A stretch of 64,000 nucleotides of DNA. It comes from a virus (lineage: Duplodnaviria; Caudoviricetes). The stretch is taken from IMG/VR virus record IMGVR_UViG_3300018012_000099; one strand, written 5' to 3'. Positions within the stretch are counted from its first letter, which is position 1. Each line of letters begins with the position of its first letter. Shown piece after piece: positions 36,868 to 46,349 of this stretch. Below the pieces are notes generated by a model. That model saw only the letters and a list, made by a program, of their open reading frames with translations. It was not told the DNA's origin and searched no databases. The position numbers and the translations under genes were made by a program.

Positions 36868-38766
36868 ATGACGGACAACAGACAAAAACCAGCAGTTCCA
36901 AATTATGTGCCAGACGTAGGTCGTTTGGTCACGGATAGATTTGATTTTCAACAGCATGTTAATGGTACTGGTTTCCGTCACGTGGCTAATCAAATCGATA
37001 TGTCCCCATTAATCACTATTAGTGGTGAGCAGCCCACTAATGTGCAAGACGCTATTGCTTTACTGGCTGAAGCAGCATCCCCAGTTTTAAATCCAGCAAC
37101 TACAACTACTTTAGGTATTGTTCAATTATCTGGAGATATTGCTGGAACTGCTACTAATGTTAGGGTAGTCAATATTCAGGGACGACCGATTAGTACCTTA
37201 CCGCCGTCTACGGGTCAAGTATTGACTTGGCAAAGTGGCGGATTCTGGTCCCCACAAAATGTGAATAATGGGGCGGCAGGTGGCGACTTACGAGGCACCT
37301 ATCCTAATCCATTGGTAATAGCTTTGGATGGTTACAAGTTTAAAACTCCTACTAATCCACTCAATGGGCAAGTGCCCACTTGGGTGTCTGCGGATGGTTA
37401 TATCGAATGGAATTATACTGGACAAAATGTGGTCGTCTATCAACCCGGAGGTACCGCGGGAGGTAATGTGTATACCACTTTCGCGGGTGTGTATGCTTTT
37501 GCGCAAACTTTGGGCAGTGCACCAGTCACCATTTACTTGGACTCCACTCATAGTAGCACTTTCACTGTGCCAGCCGGCACCTATACTTGGGGCAATCAGC
37601 TATTGACCATCTTGGGATCCGGGGGTCCCGGACCTCCCATGCTGCAATTGCAAGCTGGCGTGGTGTGGAACGGCATTCTCTCTATGAATGTGGTAGGAGC
37701 CCAACTGACCAATGCTTCTACTAGTAGCACTCCCATCAGTTTCTCGGATGCTCTCAATCATACCGTACAAATTTTCTCTCATAGCTTTCTCAATGTGGAA
37801 GGGGGTTGTCAACCGCTGATGACCATTACCAATACCACTTCCGGACATTTATTTATTGAGTCGGATGGAGGTACCATTGGTGGTTTACCCGGAGGCGGTG
37901 CTCCCGTCATTACTGTCACGGGAGGTGTCAGTACTTTGACGCTAGTAATTGACGCCAACGCCTCTACTATCAGCGCTTCCTGTGTGTCTGCGGCGGTGGC
38001 AGGTAATGCACAAATCGTGTATGATGCCAATTCCAGTATATCTTTGCCACAGACTAATGTCACCTTGATTTTAGATGATATCGCCGCACAGGTCTCCTAT
38101 AATGATGGCTATGTCTCTCCCACTATCGGAGCGGTGACCGTGCAAGCTGCCATTGATTATCTCAAACAACATAGTGGAAGCGGAGGTACTATCGCCGGAG
38201 ATGTCACGGGGACGTTAGGATCCTCCACCGTAGTCAAACTACGAGGAAAAAATCTCTCCACCACTTTGTCTTCTCTTGGGGCTGCCCAAGATGGATATGC
38301 CCTCACCTGGGATAACACGGATGGCTATTGGTTTGCGGAATCACCTCCCGCCTATCAATGGGCGACTAATGCCTCACCCGTTACTTTATCAGATACCGCA
38401 GCACATATCATTACTAGCGTCACTATTGTACCTACCGTGACAGGACGATTGATTGCTTCCGCCACTGGTTATGTTAATAACTTGTCGGAAGCTGATACGG
38501 TGTCTTTGGGGATGTTTTACAGTATTGGTGCAGGCAATACTACTAATATTGCTCCCATTGGACTGTATACTATTCCACCCGCCATTAGTTTTACTTTTGC
38601 CGCTACCGTGGATTTACCTTTCTATATTATTTCTAACTTCCCCATCAATGAACCATGGGTGATCAATATTTGTGCCCAAGCCGGCACTGCTAATGATATT
38701 CAGTTCCCCGCTAGTGGATGTAATCTAGAAGTGGAAGAAAACCTACAGGCTAACTTATTGCCATAA
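36868..38766 (+). CDS. Tail fibre protein
   Basis: ATTTTLGIVQLSGDIAGT, AGGDLRGTYPNP and AGDVTGT fibre-shaft motifs; central region is GC-richer than its surroundings. Confidence 0.7.
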   Translation: MTDNRQKPAVPNYVPDVGRLVTDRFDFQQHVNGTGFRHVANQIDMSPLITISGEQPTNVQDAIALLAEAASPVLNPATTTTLGIVQLSGDIAGTATNVRVVNIQGRPISTLPPSTGQVLTWQSGGFWSPQNVNNGAAGGDLRGTYPNPLVIALDGYKFKTPTNPLNGQVPTWVSADGYIEWNYTGQNVVVYQPGGTAGGNVYTTFAGVYAFAQTLGSAPVTIYLDSTHSSTFTVPAGTYTWGNQLLTILGSGGPGPPMLQLQAGVVWNGILSMNVVGAQLTNASTSSTPISFSDALNHTVQIFSHSFLNVEGGCQPLMTITNTTSGHLFIESDGGTIGGLPGGGAPVITVTGGVSTLTLVIDANASTISASCVSAAVAGNAQIVYDANSSISLPQTNVTLILDDIAAQVSYNDGYVSPTIGAVTVQAAIDYLKQHSGSGGTIAGDVTGTLGSSTVVKLRGKNLSTTLSSLGAAQDGYALTWDNTDGYWFAESPPAYQWATNASPVTLSDTAAHIITSVTIVPTVTGRLIASATGYVNNLSEADTVSLGMFYSIGAGNTTNIAPIGLYTIPPAISFTFAATVDLPFYIISNFPINEPWVINICAQAGTANDIQFPASGCNLEVEENLQANLLP

Positions 38767-38772
38767 TAAAAA

Positions 38773-38934
38773 TCTACCAATAACATAAACTAGTGTGCAA
38801 ATCAATTCGCATGCTTCTGAAAAATTGATACTGCTTCTTCTTATGTGATTAATACTAACTTCGCTGAGATTACTTTGATTAGCGATGGCACAAATTGGTT
38901 TGTCTGTGATTCTTATAATGGTACCATAGTTTGA
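38773..38934 (+). pseudogene. Relic of a fibre C-terminal domain
   Basis: Broken frames give STNNI / HASEK / IDTASSYVINTNFAEITLISDGTNWFV, resembling a common fibre-end motif (IDG.SSYVI...SDGTNW). No start codon; frameshift at the A run 38820-38824. Confidence 0.65.
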
Positions 38935-39020
38935 TTCTACTCCTAATATTTCGAGAAAAATATATAGGGCATCATAATTCGTAATATATTACTTATTTCG
39001 TATGTCTTGAAGGAGTTATC

Positions 39021-39503
39021 ATGGACCCAATTTTGCAAGTGCTGCTTAGCTGGCAGTTTGTGTTGTTTTCTCTGGCTGTTGCGGCTGTTATGTATGTCTT
39101 TAGAATTATTGGAGAATATATTTTATCTCTTTTTAAGGTTGATCCCAAGAAGCCAACATGGTGGAATGATCTAATTCTTCCTATTTTGCCGGTTTTCATT
39201 GGTGCTTTCGGAGCGCTACATATTAAAACCTTTCCTTATCCGGACGGTTTAACTTCTCATGGTGATAGGCTTATTTTCGGATTAGTGGCTGGCTTACTTT
39301 CTACCCTCTTGTATCGTGTCTTTAAAGCTTTACTGTATCAAAAGATTCAAGGTTTTGTTCAGGCTTTACCTGGTGCTGTTCCGGTTGCTACCACCCCAGC
39401 TGTAGTTGATCCAACAGTTGGTCCCACGATTCCTGTTCCAACCCCAGCCGCTACCACTAATACGGTAGTTACGGCTAATCTACCGTCGCGTGGAAGTTTA
39501 TAA
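39021..39503 (+). CDS. Three-TM membrane protein, holin-like
   Basis: GGAG RBS, three hydrophobic helices, Pro/Thr-rich tail. Confidence 0.55.
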   Translation: MDPILQVLLSWQFVLFSLAVAAVMYVFRIIGEYILSLFKVDPKKPTWWNDLILPILPVFIGAFGALHIKTFPYPDGLTSHGDRLIFGLVAGLLSTLLYRVFKALLYQKIQGFVQALPGAVPVATTPAVVDPTVGPTIPVPTPAATTNTVVTANLPSRGSL

Positions 39504-39571
39504 TTCGGAAGTGCATTATATCGTATATTACGTAGAAATCATGCAACCATACGATATACGAAGAGAGAATA

Positions 39572-42500
39572 ATGAGTAATTTTCCTCAGAACTTTGACGA
39601 TGATACAACTTTACCAGTTGTTAATGATAATCTAACAGAAATTGGTGGCGACGCCATTAATGCTTTGCGAGATGCTGTCTTTAACATCGAGATGAATATT
39701 GGTTTGGGTGCCGCAGGAACTACTCCATCTATCGCAGCCCGTTTGGGTTTGCTTATTAATCCGGATGGAACTCCTAATGCTTCTGCTATTACTAGTTTAG
39801 GTTTGGTAACTTTACCAATTACTCAAGATCAAATTATTGATAACGCCCAAATTCCAGAATCCAAATTGCGTTTGGATTATCGTACCCAGGATCTCTTTAA
39901 TTATATCAGAGATCTGTCTAGGGATGTAAATCTAGCTTTAGGATGGATATCCGTTAGTGGTGTCAAGTTAGAACCTCATCTTATAGGGGCTATTTATCGT
40001 CATGATTTGTCTCAGATCGACGTAGCGGAAAATTCTAGCCAGTTTTTAAACAATGTTTTTAGAACCCAGCGTGATAACGCTAATTCCTATACGCTAATTA
40101 ACGATATGAATAGTGAGTTGTTGGCTCATCAATGGGCGGACGGCTCTCCATTTGGTATATTGCGTAACATTATCACAAATGATGGTTCCATTTATCCTTC
40201 TTATTATGCACATGTGGCTAGTGGTATATTTCTGAATACCAGTAGATTTAATACTATTCCACAAACGGCGCAAGACCTTCAATCGTTTGCCCAGTTTATT
40301 GATGAAGCTAGCATTTTCTTGTTAGGTACTAGAATACAAAACCTATACGCTAATGGTATTTCTAGAACTTCCACTTCTTCTAGCCTTACTACTGATGGTT
40401 ATGGACAACCAATTATCCCTCCAACACCAGCTACTGCCTTCTTAAGATTTCCATCGGGAAATAATAGTGCGCCAGTAGATGACATTGATCATGGAGATGA
40501 TATCATACAATTTTTTCCGGCTGCCGCGGACATAAGTTCTAATTCTTTTGATGAAAAGTTTGCTTTAGTTCAAGTGGGCGATATTATCAGAATAAATTAT
40601 GGAACCGTTGAGGTTCAGTTTGTCATTTTAGAAAAGAAATACACTCACGGAACCTATGCTATAAGAATAGCTGGCAAAAATTTAGCCTATACAACCACCG
40701 CGGTTGCTAGAATTGATAGACCATTATTTAATACGAATAAATATGGTGTATTGGCTTTAGCTGCCGCTAATAGCAGTTTTAATAGCTCCAATATTCCAAC
40801 CAGTTTAATTGTGGGTGCCCCCCGCGGAGCCCAAACTTTGGGTATAGGATTTAATCCAGATCAATTTGATAGTCAACATTATCTGTTGTATTTGGCCTTG
40901 TATCCAACAGGATCTCCACAAGATGGTTATACTATATTACCAGCTATTGATGTGACTGGTAATCAAGGTGCTACACCGGGATTTTACACTTTAGATTCTA
41001 TAGTCCAATCTACCAATCTAGCTTTTAGGCAGCCTGGTTACAATTATAGGTTTATTGCCTTTTCCTACCAGGGTGAATTTGGCATTATGTTAGCTGATTC
41101 TTATAATAACGCCTCTTTCTCTATTATAAGTGGCGTTGTTCTTCCTAACGGAACCGGTTATGACCCTACTGGAACGGGTATTAATTTTCCACACAATGTG
41201 ATAGATGTATTTTCTACCAATCATGATCCATTGGGTTTTGGTGCATTAGGCTCTAACGTCGCCTCTCCGCCATTTACATCTTCTTTTGCTTCGGTTGCAG
41301 CCTCACAATTTGTTACTCGTATTTTAGTACCACTAAGAAGAAATAATTACTATGTAGATGGTGTAGAAAAAGAAAAACTCAACCTACAGATAGGACAAGC
41401 TCTTGATCAATATGGTGACGGCTATTGGGTTGCGTCTATTGATGGATATCAGTCTGTTTCTGGACATGTTCAAACTACATATTTAGTTCCGCTGGATTTA
41501 TCTACTTCTGATCTAAAAATAGGAAAAACGCTAGTTGTTCAATCCTTGGGATCGGGTAGTTTGGTAGATTTTGGTAGATTTGTAATTAGTGGAATTAATT
41601 TCAATTGTTCTACTAGTCCAGCCACTGCTATTACAGTATACGATGCGGTGCATGCGACAGGTACCTTTCCGGCTCCCACCCTAGCTAGTAGTCCAGATGG
41701 CTATGGTAAACCAGTTGCCTTATATTTTAATTCTGATTCCGTGGCTTTTGATCAAGAGTCAGCCACCGATATTACCATACCATCACCTAACGGTCCTTTT
41801 AAGAGATTCTTTGAAATTTATGTGGATGAAAATGGTAACACTTTTACTCACGAACGAGCCAGATTAAACAACAGCGGAAGTGTGATTACGGTTAATCCAA
41901 CTACTGGTAGCTCTGTTCCTTTGTATAATTCCTCTTCTTCATTATCTTTCATCAATATTTATGATATTTCTCCAAAACTTAGAGGATACAATTTTGGCAT
42001 AACCAAAATTAATTTGCGACTCTTTTCATATGATGCTACCACCGGCTTATTTGATGGATACTTATGTCAATTTGACGGTACAACCGTTACTCATGCCGGA
42101 CCCATTATCGTTGGACAAAAAGGATTAATTTCTAGATTTTATGATGCAACAAATGTAGATTACATCGATTTTATCTTTAATCCTGGTGACACTATATCAT
42201 CTTTTACTACTCCACAATCGGTAGATATACAATTATTTCCATCTTTGAGTTTAGATGGTCAAATTATGCAGTTGGGCACTTGTCAATTTAATACTGTAAA
42301 TTATCAAGTATCTTATCTGAATGATAAAAGACAATTTGGAAATATTAGTGAAGAACAGCTATCTACTTCAGCTATTGATTTTATTCAATCGTCTGATAGA
42401 GAGTTATGTGATAATGGAATTATTAGAGGATTTGATGCTTTGGATGCTAATGGAAATCCAACCATTCAAATTAATATTGCAGGAGGCACTATTAATTTTA

Positions 42501-45382
42501 GTGGTGGAGAGGCATTTATCAATGGAAAAATTATACAACTAAATCCACAATCTGTTGATTTGCCGGTAGTATTAGAAGCTGTCAATGGCACGACCACTTC
42601 TACAGTTAATGTTATTACTTGGTTTATTTGTGTGAATGATAAATCCGAAATAGAGTTGGTTGCCTCCACCGATTTTGATCCTTTCGGACCATTCGTTGGA
42701 CAGTATGCTGCATTTTCGCTCAATCATTTGAGAATATTTTATGTGTTAAACCCCAACGATCCTCTACCTACTCCGTATCAGGTTAGGGGTACTTATTTTG
42801 GTGGATTGGTTGTTAATCAAAAGGATGTAACCCCTATTGCGGTGGCAGTTGCTACTGTAACCAACCCAGGTTCAGGATTTGCTGTTACCAATGTAGTGCT
42901 GAACGACGCTAAGAGATTCGTTACCAATGGATATGGTGGACTTATTGATCCGTTAACGTTAGGTACTTTTGCCAGCTTTAGAAATTTTGACTCATTACTT
43001 AATTGGCTTTATCAACTAAATAATTTATTCTCTGCTTCGGTGGGTGAAAGTAATCCAATTTCCAACAGGGTTATTGTTAAAGGGCATGTTAGTATTGTGG
43101 CCCCTATACCTCTAGGATACATCTTCGGAGAAATACATTTCGAGGGAGATAACGGAGTCTTTGATGTTTTCATTCCAACAGGATTTGAATTGCAGAGCAA
43201 CGTTCATTTTGACAATATTATTTTTAACTATCTATATGATCCTGTAGTTTATAATTCTGTGTATGGAGATGTTACCGACGGTTATTTTAGTAGTACTAAT
43301 TTAATCAATACTGGTAGAGGGCTTATTCATGTAGGTACTGGTACCGTACCGGGTAGTAATGCTTTCAACAGAAATATTTCTATCACTAACTGCCATTTTA
43401 TTTGGGTACCACTCATCGGTGGTTTGGGCGGCGTACCACCATTCGTAGCGGTTCCACCTATTACTTCTACTGGTATTAACAGATATTCTTTCATCAACAT
43501 AGAATTAGCACAACCGCCTGTGGGTGCCCCAACCATTTTGCAAAGTTTAGATATTTCCAATAATACTTTTATAGAAAATACTCTAAATTCATTTGCACCC
43601 GCCAACCAAGAAACACAACGTGCGGCTATTTCTATAGTATCTTTAGCAAATTCTATTACGGTGCCCGCCTCTGGTGTCAAACTAATTAATGCTACTATTA
43701 GAAATAATGTATGTGATAAAGATCAAATGATTGCTATAGTGCCAGCTTCTACTGCCACCAGTAATACTGTCAACGCAGCTATAAATGCTACTGGTTGTAT
43801 AATTGAGGCTAATACTTGTGGAGCTATTTCAATTTTTACGCAATATGATATCGCACTTGATGTCAATTTTACAGCTAATTTTATTAGTTTCACGTTGGAT
43901 AAAAATCTGGGTTTAATTATTAAGGACAATACCTGCAAATATATTACTTCTACGGATGCCCGAGGAATAGATTTAGCTAATAATGTAACAACCATTGCCC
44001 CCAATACGGGACCTCTTATTATTAGTGATAATACATGTTGCTGGATTAAACCAGTTCTTAATATTAATTCTGCTGCCCCAGTTGCTGCCCCCTGTGTTAT
44101 TAAAAATAATATCCTTAACGGTTATGATGTTAATTTCCGCAGATCATATTTAATTGGTAGTAACAGTATCACTAATACTGCTATCGAGGTTATTAATATT
44201 GCAAGTAGCACTGCTTTGGAAAGTATAATTATAGATGGCAACTGGATTAGTGCAGGATTATATGCTACGCCACCAACCATATCACAATTTGCTTATGATT
44301 TAGGTATTGTTTCACAACATGACGCCAATATTTGTAACAATATCATTAGTAATCTTCAAACTGTTCTTCTAACTGGTAATCCTCCTATCGGTATTACAGT
44401 GGCTGGAACCAATTCTTGTAATATTCATCACAACAAATTGTTCAGATTAGCCACTATCTGGCAAGCGTATGTTAATGCGGGTGGTGGTCATCACTTAATT
44501 ACTGATAACTTTTTTGATCAAACTACTGTGGACGGTACTCATACTGAACAGCAGGTGATAGGCAGCCTAAATCAACATAGCATTTCCAGAAATGTTAATC
44601 AGATAGTTTACGAAGCCATGTCGCTAGTAGATTATAAGTACTACTATATTGCTACTGGTGCAGGGGCAGCGTCTAATACCGGTCCGGCTCCAACTACAAC
44701 TTTAATTTTCGTTGATCCGGTTAATAATACATTTTTATCTAGATATTCATCGGATGCGGTCACTACTTCTTCTTCAGCATATACTCAATTCGCCGAATTG
44801 GCAGGCTTCCCTAACGCTAGCCCTCCCACTACTGCGGAAAGAGATTTAAGTTTCACTATCCCATTGAGTGATCAACTGCCAAATGGGGTGAGAATCCTTA
44901 GTGTAGAAATGGGCGTATGGCTACAGCTTAATGGAGCTACATTAGATACTACCCAACCTGCTAATAATGCTATCAGTTTAAATTTGGTTTCCCACGCTGA
45001 TAATTTGTTTACTGGTGTTTCTGGAACTGCACGTATTACAGACGTGAGAAATAATATTTTTCCGGCTTCTACTGGTGGTACTGTGGGCGCTGACTTTTCT
45101 GTTCCTACTATATTTTTGTCCGATCCTTTGGTATTTACACTATTGGTGGGATCTGTTGATTCTTCTGGTCCAGGATATAAAGTAGTTACTATAGGTGATT
45201 TAACAGCTAGCACACAATTTTTAACTATAAATACTATTCCGGGAGTCAATTTTACCACTGGCAATAATCATAGAATAAATTTACAAATAGATATGAACTT
45301 TTTGAGGTTAAATGGTACCGGTTCAGGCGGTAATGGTGTTTTCTGGTACTTTTCGCCAATTTTAGTAACATATAGTTGGTAA
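39572..45382 (+). CDS. Large (1936 aa) tail fibre / tailspike-like structural protein
   Basis: N-terminal NFP...INALRDAVFNIE fibre-head motif; C-terminal third has IxNNxC / IxxNxI parallel beta-helix repeats; seven DGY motifs. Confidence 0.7.
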   Translation: MSNFPQNFDDDTTLPVVNDNLTEIGGDAINALRDAVFNIEMNIGLGAAGTTPSIAARLGLLINPDGTPNASAITSLGLVTLPITQDQIIDNAQIPESKLRLDYRTQDLFNYIRDLSRDVNLALGWISVSGVKLEPHLIGAIYRHDLSQIDVAENSSQFLNNVFRTQRDNANSYTLINDMNSELLAHQWADGSPFGILRNIITNDGSIYPSYYAHVASGIFLNTSRFNTIPQTAQDLQSFAQFIDEASIFLLGTRIQNLYANGISRTSTSSSLTTDGYGQPIIPPTPATAFLRFPSGNNSAPVDDIDHGDDIIQFFPAAADISSNSFDEKFALVQVGDIIRINYGTVEVQFVILEKKYTHGTYAIRIAGKNLAYTTTAVARIDRPLFNTNKYGVLALAAANSSFNSSNIPTSLIVGAPRGAQTLGIGFNPDQFDSQHYLLYLALYPTGSPQDGYTILPAIDVTGNQGATPGFYTLDSIVQSTNLAFRQPGYNYRFIAFSYQGEFGIMLADSYNNASFSIISGVVLPNGTGYDPTGTGINFPHNVIDVFSTNHDPLGFGALGSNVASPPFTSSFASVAASQFVTRILVPLRRNNYYVDGVEKEKLNLQIGQALDQYGDGYWVASIDGYQSVSGHVQTTYLVPLDLSTSDLKIGKTLVVQSLGSGSLVDFGRFVISGINFNCSTSPATAITVYDAVHATGTFPAPTLASSPDGYGKPVALYFNSDSVAFDQESATDITIPSPNGPFKRFFEIYVDENGNTFTHERARLNNSGSVITVNPTTGSSVPLYNSSSSLSFINIYDISPKLRGYNFGITKINLRLFSYDATTGLFDGYLCQFDGTTVTHAGPIIVGQKGLISRFYDATNVDYIDFIFNPGDTISSFTTPQSVDIQLFPSLSLDGQIMQLGTCQFNTVNYQVSYLNDKRQFGNISEEQLSTSAIDFIQSSDRELCDNGIIRGFDALDANGNPTIQINIAGGTINFSGGEAFINGKIIQLNPQSVDLPVVLEAVNGTTTSTVNVITWFICVNDKSEIELVASTDFDPFGPFVGQYAAFSLNHLRIFYVLNPNDPLPTPYQVRGTYFGGLVVNQKDVTPIAVAVATVTNPGSGFAVTNVVLNDAKRFVTNGYGGLIDPLTLGTFASFRNFDSLLNWLYQLNNLFSASVGESNPISNRVIVKGHVSIVAPIPLGYIFGEIHFEGDNGVFDVFIPTGFELQSNVHFDNIIFNYLYDPVVYNSVYGDVTDGYFSSTNLINTGRGLIHVGTGTVPGSNAFNRNISITNCHFIWVPLIGGLGGVPPFVAVPPITSTGINRYSFINIELAQPPVGAPTILQSLDISNNTFIENTLNSFAPANQETQRAAISIVSLANSITVPASGVKLINATIRNNVCDKDQMIAIVPASTATSNTVNAAINATGCIIEANTCGAISIFTQYDIALDVNFTANFISFTLDKNLGLIIKDNTCKYITSTDARGIDLANNVTTIAPNTGPLIISDNTCCWIKPVLNINSAAPVAAPCVIKNNILNGYDVNFRRSYLIGSNSITNTAIEVINIASSTALESIIIDGNWISAGLYATPPTISQFAYDLGIVSQHDANICNNIISNLQTVLLTGNPPIGITVAGTNSCNIHHNKLFRLATIWQAYVNAGGGHHLITDNFFDQTTVDGTHTEQQVIGSLNQHSISRNVNQIVYEAMSLVDYKYYYIATGAGAASNTGPAPTTTLIFVDPVNNTFLSRYSSDAVTTSSSAYTQFAELAGFPNASPPTTAERDLSFTIPLSDQLPNGVRILSVEMGVWLQLNGATLDTTQPANNAISLNLVSHADNLFTGVSGTARITDVRNNIFPASTGGTVGADFSVPTIFLSDPLVFTLLVGSVDSSGPGYKVVTIGDLTASTQFLTINTIPGVNFTTGNNHRINLQIDMNFLRLNGTGSGGNGVFWYFSPILVTYSW

Positions 45383-45383
45383 T

Positions 45384-46208
45384 ATGTCATCTAATAATTT
45401 TTTTAAGAGCGATCTTTATGGTTTGTATAACATCGTACAAGCCTCTATGCTAGTGTATCCAAAAGAAATGGTTATTAATACATTAAGAAATTTTTTTAAT
45501 CGAGATAGTTATTACCATTATTCCAAAGATCAGTGGGGATTTGCCAACACTACTGATCATACCGATCTGCCACCTGGTGCCGATTTGCCATTTGGTCCAG
45601 GCTCTCATCCTGAACTTAACCCTAATCCAATTCTGTCCACTCGTTTGTTTATTGGTGAAAATTATCGTTATGATAGCATTTACTATCCTGCTTTGTTAGT
45701 TAAGAGCGGCGGATCTCGCTATGTACCAATTTCTATCAATAGGGAGCAGGGTACCGTCTACTTCAGTGAGATGTTGTTTGAAGACGGCTACGGTCACGAA
45801 ACGTTGGTTCGCAGACCACAATCTTTTGTGACTGCGGGAGCGTGGGAAGGATCCATCATCGTGGATGTTTATTCTAGAAGTTTACGTGCTAGGGATGATT
45901 TATGTGAATTAGTAGGTATGTGTTTTGCAGAGGTGAATTTTGATACTTTGCATGAAGTGGGGGTAATCGTTAAACCACCGGTTATTGGGGCACCCAGTGA
46001 AGGTGATGATCGAAATGATAAGCTATTTAGGCAAAGTATCACATTAGATATAAGAACCGAATGGCGAAGGGAAATTCCCATTGGAAACTTAATAGATGCT
46101 ATTCTCTTCACTGTTAATTTCGGTGGCTTCACGCCCAATAGCCCAAATGCGGCTAATCTGACCATTAATACAGAAGTGAGTATAATTGATATGCTACTAA
46201 ATGGGTAA
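45384..46208 (+). CDS. Tail terminator / tail completion protein
   Basis: Directly upstream of the sheath; YPALLV...IIVDVYSRSLRARDDLCELV pattern. Confidence 0.6.
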   Translation: MSSNNFFKSDLYGLYNIVQASMLVYPKEMVINTLRNFFNRDSYYHYSKDQWGFANTTDHTDLPPGADLPFGPGSHPELNPNPILSTRLFIGENYRYDSIYYPALLVKSGGSRYVPISINREQGTVYFSEMLFEDGYGHETLVRRPQSFVTAGAWEGSIIVDVYSRSLRARDDLCELVGMCFAEVNFDTLHEVGVIVKPPVIGAPSEGDDRNDKLFRQSITLDIRTEWRREIPIGNLIDAILFTVNFGGFTPNSPNAANLTINTEVSIIDMLLNG

Positions 46209-46291
46209 ATAGTAGTGGGGACAAATGGGTAAATTAGAAACTTTAAAGACGGGTCGACCAACAAAATGTACTAATATATCACTAGGAATAG

Positions 46292-46306
46292 GAATATTAT
46301 TACATT
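46292..46306 (+). promoter_or_regulatory. GAATA-N6-CATT putative late promoter of the sheath operon
   Basis: gaata ttatta catt in the 46209-46349 spacer. Confidence 0.4.
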
Positions 46307-46349
46307 TTAGTGTACCAACCCCTATAACCGAGTGAGATAAGGATTTAAC

